Source: an uncultured Alphaproteobacteria bacterium
GTDB taxonomy: Bacteria; Pseudomonadota; Alphaproteobacteria; MPNO01; DASWLB01
Assembly (NCBI GenBank): GCA_963826605.1
Contig: CAWGXN010000004.1
Span: forward strand, 4,239 to 68,238
Direction of reading: 5' to 3'
Length of the DNA stretch: 64,000 nucleotides
Position 1 is the first letter of the stretch. Each line of letters starts with the position of its first letter. Below the pieces are notes generated by a model that searched no databases, was not told the DNA's origin, and worked only from the letters and a program-made list of their open reading frames with translations. The position numbers and the translations under genes were made by a program. Below are positions 1 through 8,439 of the stretch, piece by piece.

Positions 1-176
1 CCCACTGGGTGGGTTGTCCCGAGCCGGGCTGGACTCTCTTCGACGGACCGCCAACGGCCGAGTTCCATATCTGCGTCGCCGAGGTCCAGGACGGCTGGCT
101 GCTCTCCGGCATCAGGTTGTTCGGCCCTCAGGGCGGACCCGAGTACCACGTCGTCGTCGGCCGCCTGGCGAGCTGA
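1..176 (+). CDS. 3' end of an unidentified gene that starts upstream of the window. It is absent from the ORF track because it has no start codon
   Basis: Frame 3 reads HWVGCPEPGWTLFDGPPTAEFHICVAEVQDGWLLSGIRLFGPQGGPEYHVVVGRLAS followed by TGA at 174-176. This is protein-like, unlike the Arg-rich first ~55 codons of ORF 14..802 in the overlapping frame. Confidence 0.35.
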   Translation, partial: HWVGCPEPGWTLFDGPPTAEFHICVAEVQDGWLLSGIRLFGPQGGPEYHVVVGRLAS

Positions 177-190
177 CCGTCTCCCGAATC

Positions 191-802
191 GTGGCCGAGT
201 CCAGCGCGCCGACCAGCCCACAGGATCCGGATCTAAGCGTCGTGCGCGCGACCGCCGCGCACCTTCTCGATGCCACGTTCGCGAGCCTGACTGATGGCAA
301 CGTCCTGCCGCGCCCGGGATTTGCGCCATGGATCCGGATGGCCCGCGACTACTACGGCGACATGCTCCGCGGAGGGGCCGATTTCGACCGGGCGCTAAAG
401 GCGGCATGGCCAAGCCGCTTCGACGTGGGCGTCGGTGACCGCAACCTCGAGTTCGCCTCGACCTACGAACGTGCTCTGATCGAAGACGCAGTCCAGGCGG
501 CTACTCGCGCGCACGAGCCCTACACGGCTTCGAGCCCATCGGTGGCCGCAGCGGTCGATCGAATGGTCGCGAGGCTACAGTCGAAATGCCGCCTGAGAGT
601 CGCCAACGTCATCGCCGACCTGACCACCGTCGACGACAAGCCGGTGGTCGTAGGGAACATCAGGATCGTCTCGACGCCCGACGGTGCCGAGCGCGACCTT
701 GAACGTGAGATCCCGGGGGCCGGATTCCTGCTGGAGCGCGAGGATGCCATCGCGCTCGGAGGCGGCGGAACTGCGCTCATGATCGGTGACGACGACGGCT
801 GA
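191..802 (+). CDS. Hypothetical protein, possibly the N-terminal part of the downstream HEPN protein (frame break near 795)
   Basis: This is the later part of ORF 14..802. GTG 191 sits just after the upstream stop. The ORF ends ..ALMIGDDDG*, and a 1-nt shift continues into DGDFEEATGRARQRL of ORF 786..1886. Confidence 0.4.
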   Translation: MAESSAPTSPQDPDLSVVRATAAHLLDATFASLTDGNVLPRPGFAPWIRMARDYYGDMLRGGADFDRALKAAWPSRFDVGVGDRNLEFASTYERALIEDAVQAATRAHEPYTASSPSVAAAVDRMVARLQSKCRLRVANVIADLTTVDDKPVVVGNIRIVSTPDGAERDLEREIPGAGFLLEREDAIALGGGGTALMIGDDDG

Positions 803-1886
803 CGGTGACTTCGAAGAGGCCACCGGACGCGCTCGACAGCGATTGCGTCGGCTGCTGGCGTGCATCCGGCTCGGGTCCGCAACGACGGCCAGGCCGATGG
901 CCGACGTCTCCGGTGAGCCTGGGCTCTGCCACTTGATCGGGCCCATCGCGTACCCGCTCCGCCACGGCGGCCGCCTTACGTTCGTGCACCGCTCGGTCGC
1001 CGTTGGTCCCGGCGACGCGGCTTGGATCTCCGCGCTGTCGGCATCGATCGAGGAGTCGACCCGGTCGCCCCTCCCCAGCCCGCTGGTCGCGCTCGGCCGA
1101 CTCAATCGGGTCCTCGACGAGCCCGGCCGGATCCTGGCCGATCAGGCGATCGATCTCGCGACCGGACTCGAGGCTGCGCTCGCAGGAACTCGCGCGGAGT
1201 CCGAGATCGGCCTCCGCCTTCGAAACCGGGCCGCGGCGTTCCTCTCATCTCCGGCGGATCCGCCCGACTCGATCTACCGCGACGTGAAGGTCCTCTACGA
1301 GCTCAGGTCGGCATTCGTTCACGGATCGTCTCTGTCGGAAGATGGCGTCTGGAAGCTGCTCGGCAAGGTCTCGACCGCCACCGGGACCGACTGGCGCGGC
1401 GAGCAATACGAACTCGTCCTCGATCGCTGGCGTGACCTACTTCGGCGCGCGATCCTCTTCCGGCTGGCGCTCGGGTCATCGCCGGATCCGCTGTGGCCGC
1501 TCGCAAAGGAGACGACCGACGTCGACGCCGCGATCGTCGATGCCGCCGAGGTCGGCCGATGGCGAGACCGGGCCTTGCACTACTGGTCTGAACGGGATTG
1601 CCCACCGCCCTCGACCGCGCCCCCGCGCTCCAAGGTCTTCTATCCGTCGGCAGGGCCGATTCCATCGCCGCTGAACCGACCGTGTGACGTGCGAGGCGGC
1701 CCACCGGATGGTGTCATTCATCGACCAGCACCGTACGCATCGGTACGGTGCTGGCAACGGACGACACCAATCGCAACGAGTCCATCGCCTCCTGAGGAAG
1801 AGATCTACCCTGCGCCCCTCCGCGGCCTGAGCCTCCGAGCGCCTTCGACGAAGAAGATCATGTCGATCACCTTGGCCCGACTGTAG
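786..1886 (+). CDS. HEPN-domain protein (putative RNase toxin). The 3' end is uncertain
   Basis: The motif YELRSAFVHG gives Rx4H (R-SAFV-H) at 1305-1322, within a helical region (LRLRNRAAAFL...DVKVLYEL). The last ~80 codons are Pro/Ser/Arg-rich and run through the hairpin at 1726-1753, so the real stop is probably earlier. Confidence 0.5.
   Translation: MTTTADGDFEEATGRARQRLRRLLACIRLGSATTARPMADVSGEPGLCHLIGPIAYPLRHGGRLTFVHRSVAVGPGDAAWISALSASIEESTRSPLPSPLVALGRLNRVLDEPGRILADQAIDLATGLEAALAGTRAESEIGLRLRNRAAAFLSSPADPPDSIYRDVKVLYELRSAFVHGSSLSEDGVWKLLGKVSTATGTDWRGEQYELVLDRWRDLLRRAILFRLALGSSPDPLWPLAKETTDVDAAIVDAAEVGRWRDRALHYWSERDCPPPSTAPPRSKVFYPSAGPIPSPLNRPCDVRGGPPDGVIHRPAPYASVRCWQRTTPIATSPSPPEEEIYPAPLRGLSLRAPSTKKIMSITLARL
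1726..1753. terminator. Perfect 11-bp stem with a 6-nt loop between convergent genes
   Basis: cagcaccgtac-gcatcg-gtacggtgctg. There is no T-tract. It lies downstream of both the plus-strand HEPN gene and the minus-strand nucleotidyltransferase gene. Confidence 0.4.
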
Positions 1887-2808
1887 ATACGACCGGTGTC
1901 CAGACCGGTCTCAACATCCAACGTCGGCACCCGATGGCTCTCACTGATGCATGCCGGGATCGGGCTCCGCCCCGTCTCCGTGCCTTCACCGAACCTCCCG
2001 ACGTACGCCAGCAGTTCGTCGGCCAGGGCAGACGCGGACAGGCGCACCGTCTCAGGATCAGCGACGCCCTCGACGTAGCGGCCGGCCATGACGCAGCCGA
2101 GCGCGTCAGGCGCCGCGAAGAGTTCACGCAGGAACCCGAGCGCGGCCTCACCGACCAGAAGCGGACCGTTCGTCGGCGAGGATCGTCTTCATGCCTCGGC
2201 TACCAGTTCGGCGATCGGGAGCTGCAGGAGGCGATAGACGTCGAACGCGTCCTTGTCTTCGAGGCGGTTGCCGCGCGGCTCGTCCCGCCGCTCAGCCAGC
2301 TTGTACAGCTTGGCGATGAGCAGCGCCGCGGGCGACGCCACCCGCATCCGGACCGAGCGATGGTCCGCGGGATCGAGCGCGGCGACGAGCTCGGAACTCG
2401 TTGTCACAGCCGCGCCTTCCAGGCCAAGTACCTTGCGGGCGGCGCGGGTGCCGTGGCCCGTCAGGCGTGCGCCACGTCGACCGCCCTGGGCGGAGCGAGG
2501 CCCTCGGGGACCAGCAGGTCGACCTGCCCGGTCTCGTCGAGCCAGATCCCGGGCTGATCACCATGGTGGAAGCCGGCCTGCTGCATCGCCTTCTCGATTT
2601 GAGGCTCCTCAGCCAGCGGAGGCACCAGCACGATGTCGGCGTCCTTCGTGAACAGGGCGACCCCGAACGTGACCTCATCGGTGTGCAGGTAGATCGCCTG
2701 GGCACCCACGAGGACGATCCGGTCCTGGTGGCCGCTCAGGGCGTCGAGCGCATCGAGTAGCGCCCGGCGGGCATCAACGAGGACGGGATCCGGGGCGTCG
2801 CCAGGCAT
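1805..2808 (-). pseudogene. Nucleotidyltransferase-fold protein (AbiEii/MNT-like toxin), disrupted as sequenced
   Basis: Three collinear pieces: 2461..2808 (IVLVGAQAIYLHTDE..TKDADIVL), 2189..2407 (SPAALLIAKLYKLAERRDEPRGNRLEDKDAFDVYRLL) and 1805..2089. There is a frame change near 2468 and an in-frame TGA at 2189-2191, after which protein-like sequence continues. Confidence 0.5.
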
Positions 2809-3922
2809 CCTGGTTTCCCTCCATCCACACGATGAGTGCCTCGGCCTCCGCCGGACCGCGGCCGGGGCTGGTCAAGAGATCCGCCGCGACCTGCGGCAGG
2901 GCCGCGAACGTGATGCCGTCCTGATCCCAGGTCCGCTCGAACACAACGTCGGCCAGTGGCTCAATGAGCACCACATTGCCGCCGGTCGGAGCCTCGCGCA
3001 AACCAAGGCGAGTCGCGGCCTTGTCGATGTTCGGTACGTAGACGGCGGCGAGGGCGGCGGGCGCGACCTCGGCGCGACGAGCGGCGGCGAGGCTGCCGGT
3101 CACGGCGTACGGCGCGTCGAACTCGCGAAGGCGGGCCTCCAACGCCCGTGGGCCTCGCGGCTCGAGAAAGAACCGCGCTCTGTTGGCCTCCAGGAGGGAG
3201 TAGTCCTCCGTCCACCTCCGGAGGAGGCCTTTCCAGTCGACCTTCTCGATCGGCCCGCGTCCGCTGCGCTCGATGACTGCTTCGCTCACCAAGAGTGCGA
3301 CGACTCTCGATGCGCTCCCGAGGGGGAGCCCAGCGGTGTCGGCCAGCTGTCGGAGCGGATATGGCGGCCTGAACTCCAGCAGAGCGCGGACGACTCGGGC
3401 GGACGCCGGTCCCCGCAGCGATCGCAGGGGCCGGTCATCAGCCCACGGGTTCGATTTCGCTCCGCAGAGCTCGATGAAGATCGGGGGTACGCGCGTCGCG
3501 ATGCGCAGGTTGCCCGTGGCGTCCGCGTATGAGAACCCGACGCTCTCAAGCATCGTGCGAGTCCTCGCGGTGAGGAAGCGACTCATGACGAGCACGCCAT
3601 CGACGCCCGGTATGGACGCCACCCGTCCCTTCGGGACCGGCGGACGCAGCCAGAGGGATCCCACCTCGCTGGACAGAGCGTAGGTGTCCCGCGGGTAGAG
3701 GCTCGCGCGGGCCTCGACGGCCAGGCGCGCGCGGACCTTGTTGGGCGCCTCGATCACGAGGTATGCATCTGGCCGCCATGAGCCCGGCGTCTGGGCCTGC
3801 GGCTCGCGTTCGATCGCAATCGACCAGCCGTCTGGCAGCCTGTCGACGAGCATCAACTCGAGCGATCCAAGGAGCTCGCGCTCGCTCGAAGGCGCGGGGA
3901 CGTCCTTCAGTGTTCCAGTCAT
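2774..3922 (-). CDS. AbiEi-like antitoxin/regulator with a PD-(D/E)XK-like N-terminal region and a central wHTH-like segment
   Basis: ATG at 3922 (MTGTLKDVP). The N-terminus reads RPDAYLVIEAPNKVRARLAVEARAS. The middle reads ARVVRALLEFRPPYPLRQLADTAGLPLGSASRVVALLVSEAVIERSGRG. The C-terminus resembles AbiEi C-domains. It lies directly upstream of the NTase gene. Confidence 0.5.
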   Translation of the reverse strand: MTGTLKDVPAPSSERELLGSLELMLVDRLPDGWSIAIEREPQAQTPGSWRPDAYLVIEAPNKVRARLAVEARASLYPRDTYALSSEVGSLWLRPPVPKGRVASIPGVDGVLVMSRFLTARTRTMLESVGFSYADATGNLRIATRVPPIFIELCGAKSNPWADDRPLRSLRGPASARVVRALLEFRPPYPLRQLADTAGLPLGSASRVVALLVSEAVIERSGRGPIEKVDWKGLLRRWTEDYSLLEANRARFFLEPRGPRALEARLREFDAPYAVTGSLAAARRAEVAPAALAAVYVPNIDKAATRLGLREAPTGGNVVLIEPLADVVFERTWDQDGITFAALPQVAADLLTSPGRGPAEAEALIVWMEGNQDAWRRPGSRPR

Positions 3923-4017
3923 ATGTGCTGTTCCACTCCTTGCGGAACATGGCCAGTTCGTGGAACACCATACCACATCGTTCGGGTCGGCAAATGATGA
4001 CGAGCGAGCCCATCCGG

Positions 4018-4374
4018 TTACTTCCCTTGGCCTCGTTCACGGCGCTTGGTGCGGCGGCGGGAGGCCAGGAACGCGAGCCGGGTGAAGTAGGCCTTGCGGG
4101 CAGCGGCTGCTCGGCGCTGCCGCTCCGGCTCGGGGAGACGGCGATCGGGGTCGACCTCGTCGAGGAAGCGCTTGAGGAAGGCCGCGCGGGCAGGCGCCGT
4201 GATCTGGCGCGCGTCGTATCGCGCGTGGACGACGTATGCGCCCATGCGGCCGCGGAGGCTCCGCTCGGCCGGCGTCAGCGAGTCGCGCCTCACCGAAGCG
4301 CCTCGTCGGCTTCCTCGGCGCCGCCGCTTCCGAGCAATCGGACCCATGCGGGTGAGCCCACGGGCGTGAGGCAC
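4018..4374 (-). CDS. Small basic protein typical of actinobacterial-type mobile elements. The start is ambiguous (4374 or 4347)
   Basis: Reads LTPAERSLRGRMGAYVVHARYDARQITAPARAAFLKRFLDEVDPDRRLPEPERQRRAAAARKAYFTRLAFLASRRR. It overlaps the 3' end of the replication-relaxation gene. Confidence 0.45.
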   Translation of the reverse strand: MPHARGLTRMGPIARKRRRRGSRRGASVRRDSLTPAERSLRGRMGAYVVHARYDARQITAPARAAFLKRFLDEVDPDRRLPEPERQRRAAAARKAYFTRLAFLASRRRTKRRERGQGK

Positions 4375-5167
4375 CTGCGGGTGGTCGGATCGGCGACGAT
4401 CGCCTCGAGCGGAACCGGTCCCCCGCTCCAGCCGATCGGCTGCGTCGGCGCCCGGAGTCCCAGCGTCCGGAGGTCATCGAGGACGAGGCCCCACGAGCAA
4501 TGGTCAAGCCCGGGCCGCGCGTCCCACCGGCCGATCCGTCGGAGCCAGCCGAGTCGCTCCTCGGTCGGAACGACCCAGAGTACGTGCCAGCCGGTCGCGG
4601 CTCGCCAGGGCCCGCTCGTAGGCCGCGAGCCGTCCTCGGATCGTCGGCGAGTGCTCCGTCGCCTCGTCGATCTCGAGGCAGAGGACCGCCGAGCCGCCAT
4701 CGAGCTGAAGGACGACGACACTGTCGGGACGCACGTCCGCGAGGCAGGACATTGTCGACCATCGGCTCGGTGAGCCAGAGCTGGACTGCCCGGACGCCGA
4801 TCGGACGAGCGCGCAGACGGCGTCGACGATGTCCAGCGAATGGCGGACGCTGACCGACTCCGCCGGTTCGCGTGTCGTGGTAGCCGAGGCGCTTGCTGCC
4901 ACGCCGGGTGATCCGGTAGACGACCGGGATGCCGCCGCGATCGGGCGCGAGCGGAGCACGCTCGAGGAGGCCGAGTTGCCAGAGCCGTCGGAGCCGGCGT
5001 AGCGCCGTTCGCCGGCTCGGGAAGATGAGGGAGGCGACCTGATCCCCTGTAGCCACGCCAGCGCGATACAACAGTCGCAGGCAGGCGCGATCTCGGACCG
5101 ACAGTAGCCCGACGTCCACGCTGGCCAGGAGCGTTCGTTCAGCGCTCTCGCGGAAGACGACAGTCAT
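4290..5167 (-). pseudogene. Replication-relaxation family protein, spread over three frames (about 4 frame breaks)
   Basis: ATG at 5167: MTVVFRESAERTLLASVDVGLLSVRDRACLRLLYRAGVATGDQVASLIFPSRRTALRRLRRLWQLGLLER. It continues as ESVSVRHSLDIVDAVCALVRSA, then VQLWLTEPMVDN, then VRPDSVVVLQLDGGSAVLCLEIDEATE, then GWHVLWVVPTEERLGWLRRI, in alternating frames. The breaks are near 4868, 4788, 4745 and 4597. Confidence 0.6.
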
Positions 5168-5282
5168 GGAAGCAGTCCCGTCGATTGGTCGGCCGGGACG
5201 CGCACAGGGCACCGGCACGGGCCTGACGCGGGTCGACCCACTCGCGCGCCACCCCGCGCGACGGTCCGCCGACAATCCCGCG

Positions 5283-7634
5283 TCATCGCCTGACCGTCCC
5301 GCGCGCGTCGGGCGTGCTCGGCGACTCGGCGCCACCCGCCCGCAGGAACACCTCGGCGCGAACCTCGTCGATCGGGCTTGCATCGCGAGCATCGCTGGCA
5401 GCCACGATCTCAGCGGCCAGGGCCGGGTCAGCCGGATCGGGCGGCAGGAGCATCCCGCCGTACGCCGTCGGCTGGCCGCCGCGCCCGGGCATCCGCATGA
5501 CGACCTCGTACGCACGGAGCGAGGTCAGTTCCTCGGCCGTCACTGGCGCGAACAGCCGGGCCAGGGTGCGGACATCTTCGGATCCCGGCGCGAGGAGCGC
5601 GATCGTGGCTGCGTTGGTCAGGACCGACCGGCTGAGACGCTCCCCCAGCCCGCCGAGCGACTGCGACGCGAGGCCGAGGGCAAGGCCGAACTTCCGGCCT
5701 TCGACCAGCGTGTTCTCGACCGCGCGAGTTGAGAACCGATGGGCCTCGTCGATGAGCAGCAGGTGCTGGCGACGGGCCGAGGGCGTGAGCTCCTGCCGCC
5801 CGACCGCGTCGACGTAGTAGCGGCTCGCCAGCATCGCGCCGAACAACGTCGCGTTGTCGCCGCCGACGCCGGACAGGTCAACGAGCAGCACATCGCCGCG
5901 ATCCATGACTTCGCGGGGCCGGATCGTCGACACGCCCTGGCCGACGACCATTCGGATCGAGTCGTACGTCACGAACGCGCCGAGCTTGTTGAGAACCGCC
6001 TTGATCGACGGGTCGCGATCGCGCTCGCCACCCGACGGCCACTGCGTCTCCCAGAACCCGCGGATCATCGGGTCCCGGAGGTGCTTGACGAACCGGGCAC
6101 GGAAGGCGTCTTCGGTCAGGACGCGGATCAGTTCCAGGATCGTCTGCGGCTGCTCGTCGGCGAGGAGCGTCAGCAGCGCGTTGCGCAGGTAGTGCTGCAT
6201 CTTCGGGCCGCAGAAGCGCGGCCAGAGGTCCTCGAGCATGTACACGAACTCCGACGCGACGAGCTGGTCGTCGCTGGGCGATTGGCGCTCGAGGAAGTTG
6301 AAGCCGCGAGGATGGGCGCGGTCCGCGAGGCGCAGCACGTGGACGCGGCCCGTCGCCGCGCGGGGGACCCGGCCGAGGACATCGTTCACGAGGTCCCCGT
6401 GCGGGTCGATGACCGTCGTCCCGATGTCGGCTTCGATCGCCGCCAGCGCGAGGTTGAGCAGCAACGTGCTCTTGCCCGACCCCGTCGCGCCTAGGGCCAC
6501 AACGTGCCGCGCCAGGATCCGATCCGGGATCGCAAGCGGTCGGCCGTGAGCCTCGCCGACGACGAGCCCGAGCTCGCCCGAGCCGCTGGCTGGCGGAGGT
6601 GCGGCGAGCGCCCGATCACGGGGGAAGCCGGCGCGATCGAATGACGCATCAGGCAGATACCACAGCTGTGCGAGCTCCCAGTCCGCCAGTCGGGCTGCCC
6701 GCGGCGCACGGGCCGGACCACGTCGGATGTCCCAGCGGAGCTCCTGTTGACCATCGCCCAGTGGGTGGGTGAAGTCGACCAGGCGCCACAGGAGCGCCTC
6801 CGACTGATCGGCTGGGATGCCGGCGACCTCGAGGATGAGACCGACGTCGAAACCGACGACGCCTCGGCCCTTTCGGGTCCGGGCGTCGCGCTCCTCCGGC
6901 AGAAGGACCGGCGCGGACGACTTCTCGCGGTAGTCGCTGTCGCGGAGTAGTAGGCCATCGATGATCGCGTTGCCGACGAGCTGGCCCATCGACGGGCTCG
7001 CGCTCGCGGACAGGGGCGCCGTGAGCCTGCGCCAGTCATCAGGCGGGACGGGTCGCGCGACAACCCGGAGACGGACCTCGGCGCCGTGTGGTGCGGACAC
7101 GAGGCCGGCCGCCAGTCGATGGAGGGCTCGAGCCTCCGGCTTGTCTACCTCCCGGAGCGGCCGGCTCGCCGATGAAGCCAGTCGAGCGACGCCCGAAGCC
7201 GCCGGCATGCGCGTGACCGGACCGGCGACGTCGACAACCGTCCCGGGGTACAGCGAGCGGAGCGCGTTCTCGACCAGGGTCGCCACCTGCCGGTTGGTGC
7301 CGACCTCCCAGCGGAGCCCGCCGTCGACATGGACGACCCGGAGCTCGATCGAGGGCCAGCCGGCGCGCCAGCCATCGAAGCCGCGGCGCTGTCGAGGATG
7401 GATGGCCCGGATGAGCTCGACCGCCAGATCGGGGTCGGGCGCTAGGCCGGCAGGCGCAGAGATGACCAGCCTGACGGCCTCCGCGCTGGACGCCTCGTCG
7501 TAGGCGCGCTGCCTCGACGCCCGGACGAGGGGTGGCCCAATCTTGGCGGCGCCGTAGGCGCCAAGGACGGCCAATACCGGCTGGATCAGCCCGGTCAGAT
7601 CGGGCAGCGGAAGCGGGACGAGCGGCTCTGTCAT
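5283..7634 (-). CDS. TraD/VirD4-like coupling-protein ATPase (FtsK/HerA-superfamily P-loop)
   Basis: 783 aa and intact. It has an N-terminal TM segment, Walker A GATGSGKST and Walker B LLLIDEAHRF. An AGGAGGA Shine-Dalgarno sequence lies 7 nt upstream of ATG 7634. Confidence 0.8.
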   Translation of the reverse strand: MTEPLVPLPLPDLTGLIQPVLAVLGAYGAAKIGPPLVRASRQRAYDEASSAEAVRLVISAPAGLAPDPDLAVELIRAIHPRQRRGFDGWRAGWPSIELRVVHVDGGLRWEVGTNRQVATLVENALRSLYPGTVVDVAGPVTRMPAASGVARLASSASRPLREVDKPEARALHRLAAGLVSAPHGAEVRLRVVARPVPPDDWRRLTAPLSASASPSMGQLVGNAIIDGLLLRDSDYREKSSAPVLLPEERDARTRKGRGVVGFDVGLILEVAGIPADQSEALLWRLVDFTHPLGDGQQELRWDIRRGPARAPRAARLADWELAQLWYLPDASFDRAGFPRDRALAAPPPASGSGELGLVVGEAHGRPLAIPDRILARHVVALGATGSGKSTLLLNLALAAIEADIGTTVIDPHGDLVNDVLGRVPRAATGRVHVLRLADRAHPRGFNFLERQSPSDDQLVASEFVYMLEDLWPRFCGPKMQHYLRNALLTLLADEQPQTILELIRVLTEDAFRARFVKHLRDPMIRGFWETQWPSGGERDRDPSIKAVLNKLGAFVTYDSIRMVVGQGVSTIRPREVMDRGDVLLVDLSGVGGDNATLFGAMLASRYYVDAVGRQELTPSARRQHLLLIDEAHRFSTRAVENTLVEGRKFGLALGLASQSLGGLGERLSRSVLTNAATIALLAPGSEDVRTLARLFAPVTAEELTSLRAYEVVMRMPGRGGQPTAYGGMLLPPDPADPALAAEIVAASDARDASPIDEVRAEVFLRAGGAESPSTPDARGTVRR

Positions 7635-7786
7635 CGGTACTCCTCCTGGACCGCAACCGACAGGAGGGCGGGTGACACTGCCCGGCCCGTTCGGCCGTCA
7701 CGGACCCATCAAGGGAGCAGACCTCGTTAGGGTGGAATCCATCGATACGACGTTAGCCCGGCGTCGGGGCAGATGGAAGCGCAACC

Positions 7787-7810
7787 GTGTACGTCTGCGT
7801 GTACGTCTGC
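7787..7810. repeat. Tandem direct 12-mer (gtgtacgtctgc x2) in the TraD/Vsr intergenic region
   Basis: Exact 2 x 12 bp read directly from the sequence. It could be an iteron or oriT-type site, or incidental. Confidence 0.5.
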
Positions 7811-7971
7811 GGGCGGTCGGCAGGAGCTCTCGTCAGTTGAGTGGGAATCACCACTTCCGGACTGACGTGGCAGCGGGCTGCGGCGCGGACCGTCCGCCTG
7901 GCCCAGCCGCGAGGGGCGCAGCGAAACCGGCCCACCCTGGCGCAACCTCGTGAGGCGAGCGATGGAGCGGC

Positions 7972-8439
7972 CTAATTGAAAGTGCTGTCCCCGACTACTT
8001 GCCCCGCGTCGATCGTTGCTCTCCGCCGTTCGGCGATGTAGGCGGCCAGCTCAACTGCGCGAGGAATTGGGTCTGGACGGATCTCGTGCTCCCAGACCAC
8101 CAGGACCTCCCACCCCATTCTCGTGAGGACCTCGAGTACGCGTGCGTCGCGTTCCACGTTCGAAGTCAACTTCTCCTTCCAGAAGCCGGCGTTGGCTCGA
8201 GGCTGGGGCGGCTGGCACGTGGGACATTGGTGCCAGAAGCAACCGTTCACGAATACAGCCAGACGCAGCCGCGAAAAGACAACGTCAGGCCGGCCCGGAA
8301 GGCTCTCGTGAAGCCGGTAGCCGCGCACGCCCTGATGCCAGAGCGCGCGCCGAAAGGCGATCTCTCGTCGTGAGACCCGCTGATTGGCGCGCATGGTGTT
8401 CCGCGCGCCAATCGAACTCGCAGCCGGCGACTTTGTCAC
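7972..8439 (-). CDS. vsr: Very-short-patch repair endonuclease Vsr
   Basis: Reads PDVVFSRLRLAVFVNGCFWHQC...FWKEKLTSNVERD...GWEVLVVWEHE. GTG 8439 overlaps the dcm stop (GTGA at 8436-8439). Confidence 0.85.
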   Translation of the reverse strand: MTKSPAASSIGARNTMRANQRVSRREIAFRRALWHQGVRGYRLHESLPGRPDVVFSRLRLAVFVNGCFWHQCPTCQPPQPRANAGFWKEKLTSNVERDARVLEVLTRMGWEVLVVWEHEIRPDPIPRAVELAAYIAERRRATIDAGQVVGDSTFN

